A DNA stretch of 64,000 bases from Octopus bimaculoides. Lineage: Eukaryota. This document shows, piece by piece, positions 53,271 to 64,000 of this stretch; positions within the stretch are counted from its first letter, which is position 1; each line of letters opens with the position of its first letter. The stretch covers positions 118,134,294 through 118,198,293 of the forward strand of contig NC_068985.1 of NCBI RefSeq assembly GCF_001194135.2, given 5' to 3'. The notes under the pieces are model-generated. The model did no database searches and was not told the DNA's origin. It was given only the letters and a program-made list of their open reading frames with translations. The position numbers were made by a program, and so were the translations under genes.

Positions 53271-54330
53271 CGTTTAGATGTGACGTAATTGGAACTAAAT
53301 TAACTAATATGCCCTTTCTTTTTAAGGCGTGATTCGATGGAAAATTGACTGCAGTTTCTGGCATATCACATAGGGACCCTTTCATTGTACTTACCAAGGT
53401 AAAAATAAATAAATAACCGAATATCCAGTCTTCGGTGACACATCAGTACGACTAAGTCAAGAAAATGCGACGAATCATCTCAAAAACAGAAAACTTCTTG
53501 ATAGGAATGATATTTGTGTATTTTGAATGCATGGCTGCATGTATTTATGATACACGATTTTATAATTATGGTTTAATCAAAAGAAAAATAAAAGATAACA
53601 ATGAAAACAACCGAATATTTGAGAACTTGATTTTATTTTGAAGATAAGAAACAATAACAGAAAATTTGTTATTGTTATAATAGGAGGCAAAGTTCTGGAT
53701 ATCAGTTGAATATTGCCTTTCTCCATTAATTTCTTATTCTTCGTGTTGCTAAGGCTCCAGCAGTCGAGTAAAGAAGTATTAGGCAAAACGCAGGCTCTCC
53801 ATTAGTTTTATTTACAATATATACAAAGGTGTGGTATGTTGCTCTCTTGCAGCCATCTCATGTCGTATGAATTCGTCGTTCTCCGTTATGCGGGTCATTT
53901 TCTCAGGAGACGGGAGAAGCGGACTAGCCTAGAGGCTCAGCCAGTGAAATGTGCTCTACAAGCGGTCGCAGGGAAAAGAGAAAAGGTCGAACCTTGTGGC
54001 TTNNNNNNNNNNNNNNNNNNNNNNNNNNNNNNNNNNNNNNNNNNNNNNNNNNNNNNNNNNNNNNNNNNNNNNNNNNNNNNNNNNNNNNNNNNNNNNNNNN
54101 NNNNNNNNNNNNNNNNNNNNNNNNNNNNNNNNNNNNNNNNNNNNNNNNNNNNNNNNNNNNNNNNNNNNNNNNNNNNNNNNNNNNNNNNNNNNNNNNNNNN
54201 NNNNNNNNNNNNNNNNNNNNNNNNNNNNNNNNNNNNNNNNNNNNNNNNNNNNNNNNNNNNNNNNNNNNNNNNNNNNNNNNNNNNNNNNNNNNNNNNNNNN
54301 NNNNNNNNNNNNNNNNNNNNNNNNNNNNNN

Positions 54331-54744
54331 AGAAAGTAATTCAACAACGCGGGTTGATGAACCGTAAGACGTGTGGCCAGAACCTCCTGGAAAATAACCA
54401 TAGCGAGGGACATTCCACAGTTGAATTAGAACAGTCACAAACAGTGAAAGAAGACATGCACCCAACACCAGAGCTGAAGACACCTCCGAAAGGAGGGGCC
54501 CCGCCACGTCAAAACGGTAGAGGAGTAGGGGCCGAAACCGGACGTGGTTCCTCCTGATGATGTCTTCAGCTAACTGGATCCTATAAAGGAGCTGTTGTGG
54601 TAGCAGACCACGAAACATGGTTGAAATTCCTCCAATGGCAGAGTATTGGAACTGTCCAGTAACACAAGAAAGCAACTGTCTGTCACAGGAAACATAAAAG
54701 AGATTGTCAGATATAAATAGCTTTAGTGAGTTTTTTAGGGCCAA
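54331..54744 (-). CDS. Candidate accessory ORF downstream of Gypsy pol with a hydrophobic segment (runs into the gap)
   Basis: 138 stop-free codons, first ATG at 54618. Contains SSALVLGACLLSLFVTVLIQLW. No homology recognised. Confidence 0.3.
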
Positions 54745-55569
54745 TGCACAGTGCGGCCTGTCCTGGTAACATAGGGTTTGTTTGTGTTAGGTAGTGGCGA
54801 CGAAGATGGAGGTGTAGGTGATGGTATAGTCAAAGGTGCATGTGAGGGTGGTTGTGTAGGTGGTTTAGCACACGAAATGGTTCCTTATAAGTAGAAACGA
54901 GAAGTCCTCTGACAAAATCATCCCGAACAAAAACATGAGTCCATTTGTTAATATCCGGTGGGATATGAGAGGAAATAGACTGCTCACGCGGATGCAAGGG
55001 TGGAAAACTTGAGAAATACGAGCGAAGTCTGGTGACATACGAGGAGGCGATGAGTTGTCTGGCGCTAACATTGTACCAGGGAATGCCAGGGTGGTACCGT
55101 AAAGGAGTTCAGCAGAGGAGAAACCTAAGTCTGCTTTAACAGCAGTGTGACAACCAAGAAGAACGATAGGCAGGAATTCTGTCCAAGACTGCGGATCAGA
55201 AGTGGCGCGTAGAGCGACCTTCAGTTGCCTGTGAAAACGTTCGACCATCTCATTGGAGGCTGGGTGGTAGTTGGTCGTACGAATGTGATGAATGCCTAGG
55301 ATTCGTGAATTGTCACGAAATAGAGAAGCCTCGAACTGGCGTCCGCGATCAGTGGTTATCTTAACTGGGACACCAAAGCGAGCAATCCAGTTAGAAACGA
55401 AAGCTCGAGCAACTGACTCAGCGGAAATGTCCACATCAAGAAAATCGATCGACGCATGTCAATATGTAAGAGAAACCGCAACTGACAAACCATGGTCCAA
55501 CCAGATCAATGTGGACATGGCGAAAACGAGTCTCCGGAGAAAACTGTCCAAGAGGAGCGCGAATATGCC
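54735..55569 (-). pseudogene. Gypsy integrase (core and C-terminus)
   Basis: [50 protein letters not shown] and PYVTRTGRTVHWP. Confidence 0.9.
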
Positions 55570-56343
55570 NNNNNNNNNNNNNNNNNNNNNNNNNNNNNNN
55601 NNNNNNNNNNNNNNNNNNNNNNNNNNNNNNNNNNNNNNNNNNNNNNNNNNNNNNNNNNNNNNNNNNNNNNNNNNNNNNNNNNNNNNNNNNNNNNNNNNNN
55701 NNNNNNNNNNNNNNNNNNNNNNNNNNNNNNNNNNNNNNNNNNNNNNNNNNNNNNNNNNNNNNNNNNNNNNNNNNNNNNNNNNNNNNNNNNNNNNNNNNNN
55801 NNNNNNNNNNNNNNNNNNNNNNNNNNNNNNNNNNNNNNNNNNNNNNNNNNNNNNNNNNNNNNNNNNNNNNNNNNNNNNNNNNNNNNNNNNNNNNNNNNNN
55901 NNNNNNNNNNNNNNNNNNNNNNNNNNNNNNNNNNNNNNNNNNNNNNNNNNNNNNNNNNNNNNNNNNNNNNNNNNNNNNNNNNNNNNNNNNNNNNNNNNNN
56001 NNNNNNNNNNNNNNNNNNNNNNNNNNNNNNNNNNNNNNNNNNNNNNNNNNNNNNNNNNNNNNNNNNNNNNNNNNNNNNNNNNNNNNNNNNNNNNNNNNNN
56101 NNNNNNNNNNNNNNNNNNNNNNNNNNNNNNNNNNNNNNNNNNNNNNNNNNNNNNNNNNNNNNNNNNNNNNNNNNNNNNNNNNNNNNNNNNNNNNNNNNNN
56201 NNNNNNNNNNNNNNNNNNNNNNNNNNNNNNNNNNNNNNNNNNNNNNNNNNNNNNNNNNNNNNNNNNNNNNNNNNNNNNNNNNNNNNNNNNNNNNNNNNNN
56301 NNNNNNNNNNNNNNNNNNNNNNNNNNNNNNNNNNNNNNNNNNN

Positions 56344-56633
56344 AACCCTAACCCTAACCCTAACCCTACGGTTAGAGTTAGGGTTAGGGTTAGGGTTAAT
56401 TGTTTCAGAATCGTTTGTTTATGTAGTCGGCACTTAATGTATATCGGCTGAATGGACGTCAGTGATTGGCTGAAATTACAGAAATACGACAACTTTAACA
56501 TGGAATAACTTATAGATTTTTTTTTTAAGAAGACTAAGAGAAAAAGATGTTTTATATGACACATTCTACCAGTGTTCCAAGTTTCAAAGTGTTTCGTTAA
56601 TGAAAAATGTGGCCCCCGTTTTAAAAAAGATCC
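56344..56633. mobile_element. Merlin-type non-autonomous transposon nested in the Gypsy, carrying inverted telomere-type repeats
   Basis: (AACCCT)4 at 56344-56368, then (GTTAGG)n at 56371-56397. Right TIR GCCCCCGTTTTAAAAAAGATCC matches the TIR of the 60502-60649 MITE. Interrupts RNase H after ...DHKPLTFSLS. Confidence 0.65.
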
Positions 56634-58526
56634 GACAGAGAAAACGTAAGAGGCTTGTGATCAGAATAAATAACAAAATCTCGGCTTCGAGTTGATATTG
56701 AAAATGACGAACTGACAAGTAGATTGCCAAGAGCTCGCGATCAAAAGTACTGTACCGACGTTCGGCTGGTTTTAATTGACGAGAAAAAAACGCCAAAGGT
56801 TTAGTCTGATTGTCTACAGTGTACTGCAAAACAGCACCAACCGCAGAATCCGATGCATCAACGGTTAAAGAGAGAAGAACATCGGGAACCGGATGTGCAA
56901 GCAAAGGAACAGAAGCTATTTCCTTCTTGATTGACTCAAAAGCAGATTACGCCTCGGTAGATAAAGTAACGAGAGAATTCTTTTTTTGTATTTGCTTTAA
57001 ACATCTGAGTCAAAGGAAGTAACTTGTCTGCACAATCACAAATGAAGCGTTTATAGAAATTGACTACTCCCAAAAAATGGCGAAGCTGGCGTAATGAAGT
57101 GGGGTGGGGTGCGATGCGTTGAATTGCATCGACTTTGGAAGAGAGAGGTCTGATACTATTTGAGTCGATATAATGCCCCAGAAATTCCAGAGAGGATTGC
57201 CCGAAAACACACTTATTGGGGTTGATTCGCACACTGTAGGCGCGAAGACACTGAAAGAGTTGATTTAAGTGTTGGAGATGATTCTCATGTGTGTCGCTTG
57301 CAATGAGTATGTCATCAACATTAGCAAACACAAAATCAAGTCCACGGACAACTTCACTGATAAAGCGTTGGAACATGTTTGTGGCGTTCCGCAAACCGAA
57401 ACTCATAAAAAGGAATTCGAAGCTGCCAAAAGGAGTAGTGATGGCAGTTTTTGGTACGTCCTCAGGATTAACTGGTATTTGGTGATAGGCACGAACTAGG
57501 TCGACCTTAGAAAAAATGGTACAACCATGCAAATTAGAGGAGAAATCCTGAAGATTTCTTATAGGGTAGCGAACGGGAACAATGACCGCATTCAAACGCC
57601 TATAATCCCCCACCGAGCGAAAATCATAAACCCCTTTTCGTGCCAAATGAAGGGAGATGCCCAAGGGCTGGTGGAGGGGCGAATAAGGCCAAGCTGGAAC
57701 ATGTGCTCAAACTCGGACCGAGCCTTCTTAAGACGGTCTGGAGCAAGTCGCTGCGGGCGTGAAAAGACAGGTGGCCCAGTGGTGGTAATATAGTGTAGAG
57801 TCGAGTGAGTAGGTTTTTCCGTTTGGAATCGGTGATCCACCAGCTCTGGGAAAGACGCTAAGAGTGAATGAAATGCATCACCAGCAGTGGCAACAAAAAG
57901 TGAAGGACTTTGAACAGCATCGGTAGTGGCCTTTGCAGGTGTAGACAAAAACGTAGAACCGTCGACAAGTCTCTGTCGCCTGACATCTACCAATAGGTTG
58001 AAATTGTTCAACAAGTCCGCACCCAGAATAGGATGTGGGAGATCAGCTATCACAAAAATCCACCTAAAATCCCGGCGAAGATTAATGTCAATAGGTAAGG
58101 AAATTTGACCGTAAGTTACAATGGGAGATCCATTGACCGCGTGCAAGGTGATCTCTGAACGCTTTGGCTTATCTGCAGCGAGACTCAAAGGTCAAATAGA
58201 GCAACTAGAACCTGTGTCGACCATAAACGCTTTCCCGGACACACGATCCTTTACAAAAATGCACGATTTGATGAGAATTGGCCGGAAGTGTTTGACGTGA
58301 TCAAACCGTCCGCAGGTCGTTTTTTTAACGATTGGAAAGAACAAGGCTGAATGCAATTGCGGGCCTTATGCTGATACCTGGCGTGGTACCAACAAAGACC
58401 GGGACTAGAACAAAAAGAATCGGTCGGAGTGAACGAGATCGGCTCCGACTGCGCGAAGAGTTGGAGCGCCCTTGCCAAAGCACGTCCATTCGGCGTGTTA
58501 TGGAGTCAAGTTTCTCCACGATCTAA
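56634..58526 (-). pseudogene. Gypsy gag C-terminus / protease / RT / RNase H, with frameshifts and stops
   Basis: ORF-track fragments 57592-58188, 56936-57664 and 56584-56904 join into a typical pol. The RT catalytic motif reads NVDD instead of YxDD. Confidence 0.9.
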
Positions 58527-58625
58527 CTGATAGAATAAGAACCAGGCTTAAAAAATAAGTACTGGGGTCGATTTATTCGACTAAACTCTTCAAGGCGGTG
58601 CCCCAACACAGCTGCAGTCCAATAG
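58527..58625 (+). mobile_element. SINE 3' module truncating the Gypsy gag
   Basis: GATAGAATAAG...GGGGTCGATTTATTCGACTAAA...GGCGGTGCCCCAAC, with CpGs retained. Confidence 0.75.
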
Positions 58626-58958
58626 CAATCAAGTTAAAAACGTATATATATANNNNNNNNNNNNNNNNNNNNNNNNNNNNNNNNNNNNNNNNNNNNNNNN
58701 NNNNNNNNNNNNNNNNNNNNNNNNNNNNNNNNNNNNNNNNNNNNNNNNNNNNNNNNNNNNNNNNNNNNNNNNNNNNNNNNNNNNNNNNNNNNNNNNNNNN
58801 NNNNNNNNNNNNNNNNNNNNNNGTGTGTGTGTGTGTGTGTGTTATTGTGCCTGGCGAGAGTCATTCTCTTTTAGTGCCTTATTACTTAACACACTCACCG
58901 GTTCGATTTCCACTCATTTACTTGCGTCTTGCAACTTTTTCAATAGTCGTTGACTCTG

Positions 58959-59003
<45 letters not shown>

Positions 59004-59064
59004 TTATACACACACACACACATGTATCTATGTATATGTTGTACGTACATATAGTGTAGACCGT

Positions 59065-60835
59065 GTATCACAGGACTTCAGAGATGCCTCAATTCAACAT
59101 CTTTATTAGAATAAAGGAAGCAGAAGTGTCTGTAATAATCATCGTGAGATATCGTTTCTGTCTATTGCTGGTAAAATTCTTGCTCGACCCATTCTTGACA
59201 GGATCATCAAACATGTTGTAAATGATATCTATCCAGAATCCCAGTGCGGATTTCGTTCTGGTCGTGGCACTAACGACATGATATTTTTCCTTCGACAGGT
59301 CATGGAGAAGATACGTGAGAAAAATTAAGAGCTGTTCTTGATATTCGTTGACCTTACTTAGACCTAGGGCACTTAACGGGTAAGCACTATGAAAAGTTAT
59401 GAAAAAGTTTGGTACACCTGACAAGATGTTGAATGTTATCATTTCCTTTCATGAAGGAATGAAGGCTACTGTCGTCTCCGGTGGAGAATTTTCGGCTTCC
59501 TTTAACGTTACAAATGGCACAAAGCAAGGTTGTGTTCTGTTTTGTTTGCACGCTTCTTTTCAGTGATGCTGAGGTATGCTTTTGGCGACATACAAAGTGG
59601 TGTCAAATTCAAGTTTCAAACAAAATGGTGGACTATTCAATCATCAGCGTTTCAAAGCCAGAACATTGCTACGCACCAGTATCATTTGTGATTTACTTTT
59701 TGCAGATGCTGCTGCACTAGTAGCGACCTCTTTAGAGGAAGCTCAGGAACTTCTAGACCGGTTTTCTGCTGCATGTAAAGCGTTTGATTTGACCATCAGC
59801 ATAAAGAAGACGGAATAATTCACCAGCGTGGCCCTACTCCTAAAACGATTCTAGGTGTCAAGCAGAGGCCACCGATTCACAATTTTCCTGACACTCCTAT
59901 ACATGTTGTTGGGAAAAACCTAAATTATGTGAAGTAATTTACTTATCTTGGTAGTAAAGTGAATTTGAGTGCTTCCCTTGATGATGAAATCAGCAATCGT
60001 CTTGCGAAGGCAACCAACGCATTTGACAAACTCCGTCATTACCTATGAAATGAAAGGGGCATCAGACTTGACACCAAAGTACAGGTCTATAAAGTAGCCG
60101 TTCTTACTACTCTCTTGTAGTAATCGTGGATAAGCTATAGACGACACATTAACCAACTAAACATCTTTCACAAAGGCTGTCTGAGGACAATCTGCGGTTA
60201 TTCACTAAAAGTCAGAGTTTCTAATGCCGACCTGTTTAGCAGGTGTAAGACTGGTGGAATCGTGAGCTTCCTTATGTAATCACAATTGCGCTGGGCCAGC
60301 CATGTTATCAGAATGAATGACGAAAAAATCCCCAAAGTCGTCATGTACAGCCAGCTTGAGAGTGGACACAGGAATGCTGGTCGACCATGGCTCAGATATA
60401 AGGACAAACTGAAAAGTAACCTCTTAGTGATGAAGATAGCTCACAACATCTTTGAGCGAACAAAAGGAAGATCGTTGTGTCAAAATGGTATTAGAAACTT
60501 TGGATCTATTTCAAAACGGGGGCACCAGTTTTCATTTATGTTTTATGTAGTGTTTTTGGTACCGAAAGACTTTCAAACTTCGTATACTTATCTATTTTGT
60601 GTAGTGTTTCGTTAAGAAAATACTGGTGCCCCCGTTTTGAAATAGATCCGAAACTTTGTTGCAACCAGCATTAACAGGCTTCGGGGTGCAAGGCAAAAGA
60701 GAAAAGCGGCTGCTAATATACCACCTGCAGTGATCTGTAATCGTCATATTTGGAGGATCTGTGGGCTTTTTTGCAAATCGTTGATGGGACTTAAATGTCA
60801 CATTAGGCATAAGCATTATGACTGACAAAGAAAGA
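59065..60835 (+). mobile_element. 5'-truncated RTE (BovB-like) LINE, decayed ORF2
   Basis: ISFLSIAGKILAR, YPESQCGFRSGRGTNDMIF, GTKQGCVL, LLFADAAALVA and LRWASHVIRMNDEKIPK. Confidence 0.9.
60502..60649. mobile_element. Merlin-type MITE with 28-bp TIRs and 8-bp TSD, inserted in the RTE
   Basis: GGATCTATTTCAAAACGGGGGCACCAGT ... ACTGGTGCCCCCGTTTTGAAATAGATCC. GAAACTTT at 60494-60501 and 60650-60657. Confidence 0.85.
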
Positions 60836-60924
60836 GTAAGTTATCGGAGTCTCATACGTCATATTTATATACACACACATAAGCATGCATGTATATGTTG
60901 TATGTACATATAGTGTATATATGT

Positions 60925-61945
60925 ATAGTATAATAATGAAATTATTGTATACAGTGCTCAGGTGCATTACAACTTGTTAAAAGTGCGTATAAAGCATATG
61001 CAGTATTGTACAAATGTCTGGAAAGTGAACAGTGTATGAATCAGATACATGCTTGCGTGTATATGGAGGGGAGAAAATCAGGTGTAGTGTTGGTGAATCC
61101 CAGGAAGCATGGAAGTTTTGAAGGATGCAGTCCTCCGACAACTAACAACTGATGCTGGCAGTTTGTTCCATTCTTCAGCAACTCTTAGTGTGAAAAAGTG
61201 TTTCCGAACGTCATGGAAGCTGTGCTGTTTTCTGACTTTGTAAACATGTCCACGGGTGTTGTTAGACAGGTGGAGTTTGGAAAGATGCTCAGAGTTATTG
61301 TAAGTAAGATGGTTAATAATTTTATGGGCGTCTGCCAAGTCAGTTGCCAGACGTCGGAGTTTCAATGTAGCCATACCCAGGGAAGTAAGGCGTTCAGAAT
61401 ATGGCAAATGCCTGATGGAGGGTATTCTCTTGGTTGCACGTCGCTGAACGGTTTCCAGACGATTAATATCCTGGGCAAGATAGGGGTTCCAGACCGGAGA
61501 TGCAAATTCCAGGTGAGGCCGCACTATAGCTATATAAAGCCTTATATAACTGGAGAGCGGCTCACAAAGGACTTGGTAAGTGATGCCAAGACACCCTCAG
61601 CCTTCTTAGTAATTTTAGCAATGTGTTTTGTCCAACGTAAATCGCTGTCGACAATAATGTCCAGATCACGTTCACAAAAGATTTTTTGAGATTAGTGCTG
61701 TGGAGGGAGTAAGTAGACGCTAGGTTTTTCCTCCCAAAATGCATGGTGGTACATTTGTCCACAGCCAGCTTGAGTTGCCAGTCCATGATCCGTTGTTGCA
61801 TTGTGTCCAGATCTGATTGCAATAAAGATCTATAGTGTACAGGATCTGTCCTTTATTTCGAGGTACAGCTTGATGTCATCTGCATATTTCAGCACTGTGG
61901 CATTCTTTAAGTTGGCATCTATGTCATTAATATATGCAGCAAATA
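60925..61945 (-). mobile_element. CR1/L2-type LINE 3' fragment (RT C-terminus and 3' UTR)
   Basis: VLKYADDIKLY, WQLKLAVDKC, RPHLEFASPVWNPY, LETVQRRATKRIP and VRKHFFTLRVAEEWNKLP. Confidence 0.9.
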
Positions 61946-62028
61946 ATGTATATACACACACATATATGTATATGTAGTATGTACATAGTGTACATGTGTA
62001 TACATATATGTGTGTGTGTGTGTATACA

Positions 62029-62075
<47 letters not shown>

Positions 62076-62474
62076 NNNNNNNNNNNNNNNNNNNNNNNNN
62101 NNNNNNNNNNNNNNNNNNNNNNNNNNNNNNNNNNNNNNNNNNNNNNNNNNNNNNNNNNNNNNNNNNNNNNNNNNNNNNNNNNNNNNNNNNNNNNNNNNNN
62201 NNNNNNNNNNNNNNNNNNNNNNNNNNNNNNNNNNNNNATATACATGTACACTATGTACATACAATAATACAACATAAACATGTGTGTGTGTGTGTATATA
62301 TATATATATCTGTATATCACTGTTATATAAGAGCATATATATTATTTTAGAAAGTTAAACGCTCCCACTTCTACTGAAATAGTTTACAATAGTAACAATA
62401 AAGAAAAATAATAATAAAGAAGCCGAAAAAAGTACACAACTAGGTCAATAGAGTAACAGCAAATTGACTGATGT

Positions 62475-62571
62475 ACGCATGCGTGGAAGTATTACAGTAT
62501 AGTTCCGGTTCAGAATTGTATATCTTGGAGAAATATGTTATTACTAAATTCTCTCTGCTGAATGAGTAAGT
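62475..62571 (+). promoter_or_regulatory. Possible promoter and first-exon donor of a plus-strand gene
   Basis: ACGCATGCGT (NRF1-like) at 62475-62484, GGAAGT at 62485-62490, TTCCGG at 62503-62508, and ATGA|GTAAGT at 62562-62571. Confidence 0.3.
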
Positions 62572-63419
62572 TAGCTTGTACACTGGCATTAATTGAAAGG
62601 AAAAAGGTCAGTGGAGATGTTCTTTGTTATTCATTCATTGCTTATTATTTATCTTTTTTGTTTTCGTGTTTGTTTTCCTCATCTTTTCTTTTCCATATGT
62701 GTTTTGCTCTTGTGTCTTTGACAATTAATTAGTTTTAGTATGTTAGTCACAAACATTTAATAAATGGTGAAGGGGTTTTCAGGTAAATTAAGCTGCTCCG
62801 ATGTAATAACGTATTAAGAAAGAGTAATACCTTGTAAGAAGAAAACTTGCTATAAATCAAGAGGGGAAATATTTCAAATATGTACTTTTCTTATTATTAT
62901 TGTTAGCTTATTTCTGTTTCCCATCCCCGCCTTTTGTAAGAGCTGTGTGTTTGTCGGTCTTTTAGGATTTCTTGTTAGGAACGCTTTATAATTCGAGTGT
63001 CGTTTATTTGCATGTTGGATGTTATAATTCTTAATATAAATAATGTTTACAGTAGATTCTATCCTTCGTATATGTGTGTGTGTATAAAATTCTGATGATG
63101 CAAAGTGAAATTCTTATTGGCAATTCCTTTAGACGTCGCACCCTAATTCTCTACATTCGAGCTTGTTGCATGTGCAATAACTGACGTTCTTTCTTCACAT
63201 TTTCACTGAGTGTGCGAAAATCCAGATTCCCGTCTAAAGAAAAGAACGTGCTTTTGTCTCCATTTGAAAATCTGTGTGTGTGTATTACGCATACACTCAC
63301 ACAAACGCACACGAACATAGAAGTAGTACTCAATACGTACAATACACAGAGTTAATAATAATATCTATTTCTTACATTGGTTGTAAAGCAGAAATTTTGG
63401 TGTGTGGTAACAGTCGATT

Positions 63420-63565
63420 CTATTGATCCTATCTAGTGCTTGACATTTTTAACGAGCCCATAAGGATGAAAGACAAAGTCGATCTGGGTGGAATTTGAAC
63501 TTAGAACATACAAGCCGGGAACAAATATTGCATAATGTTCAACCTCTAGCGTTTCTACCAATCTA
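63420..63565 (-). mobile_element. Degenerate tRNA-derived SINE
   Basis: GGATGAAAGACAAAGTCGATCTGGGTGGAATTTGAAC (reverse complement of a B-box region). A similar relic lies at about 780-960. Confidence 0.6.
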
Positions 63566-63744
63566 CAATAATAACAGCAATTAAAACTCAAGATTTTATA
63601 CCGTCCTTACATCGAATTTCGCGTTACCTCTTTTCTAAACGATGAAATGTTTTAATAAAATTCGGAGGGAGGACGGTGTCTCGTCTCGGTTGAAATTTTA
63701 TGTCTGTATATGTGTGCACATATATACATATAGATAAACATAAA

Positions 63745-63816
<72 letters not shown>

Positions 63817-64000
63817 AACGGGCCATCCTCTACACGGTCCGCTCAGCCTGCTACAAATAGCAGTCAATGTCACATTACATCTTATACTGTCTTGAATAAG
63901 GACACATTGAGTAATTGTAACCGATAGACGAAAATCTTCATTCGTCGCAGGCCTTGCTCGATCACGTTACCTCGGGTTTAAACAAGAACACACACACATA

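Larger units (their letters stand above)
53744..58526 (-). mobile_element. Decayed Ty3/Gypsy LTR retrotransposon, CsRn1 clade (gag 3' end, PR, RT, RH, IN, 3' LTR end)
   Basis: Gag CWYHARYQHKARNCIQPC (C-X2-H-X9-C-X3-C), protease MVDTGS, RT with FANVDD, RNase H DASD...FDRELLAIY, integrase. LTR-like end ...AGCAACA at 53744. Two gaps and a nested insertion. Confidence 0.9.

Noticed and set aside
56344-56397. Ancient telomere-telomere fusion site
   Set aside because: The orientation is (CCCTAA)n-(TTAGGG)n, opposite to a fusion, and the array appears to lie within a TIR element nested in a retrotransposon.
12044-62350. Long ORF-track entries full of X or of YI/CV/HT/MYVC repeats
   Set aside because: They arise from N-gaps and di-/tetranucleotide microsatellites and have no coding signal.

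Overview
AT-rich, microsatellite-dense animal genomic DNA from a gapped draft assembly (12 N-runs). The repeat landscape strongly suggests an octopus or other coleoid cephalopod; this is an inference from the repeat families. Only one host coding exon is recognisable: a minus-strand first exon at 3178-3233 (MADLSLDDYIK..., a UAP56-binding-motif N-terminus like POLDIP3/SKAR) with an ETS/YY1-type promoter. Most of the window is transposon debris: five mariner relics plus a DD37D-like fragment, RTE, CR1 and R4/Dong LINE fragments, many tRNA-derived and RTE-tail SINEs, Merlin-, piggyBac- and Helitron-type non-autonomous elements, two solo-LTR families, a Gypsy integrase plus LTR, and a large decayed CsRn1-clade Ty3/Gypsy element (53744-58526, minus). 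The most interesting observations: a possible extra transmembrane ORF downstream of the Gypsy pol; a solo-LTR family with TG...AA termini and a covarying subterminal hairpin; a second LTR family with a covarying hairpin just downstream of its TATA box; a Merlin-type element carrying inverted telomeric repeats; several long fold-back structures; and a CpG-depleted central domain that may hide an unrecognised long gene. Nearly all ORF-track entries are microsatellite or N-gap artefacts.
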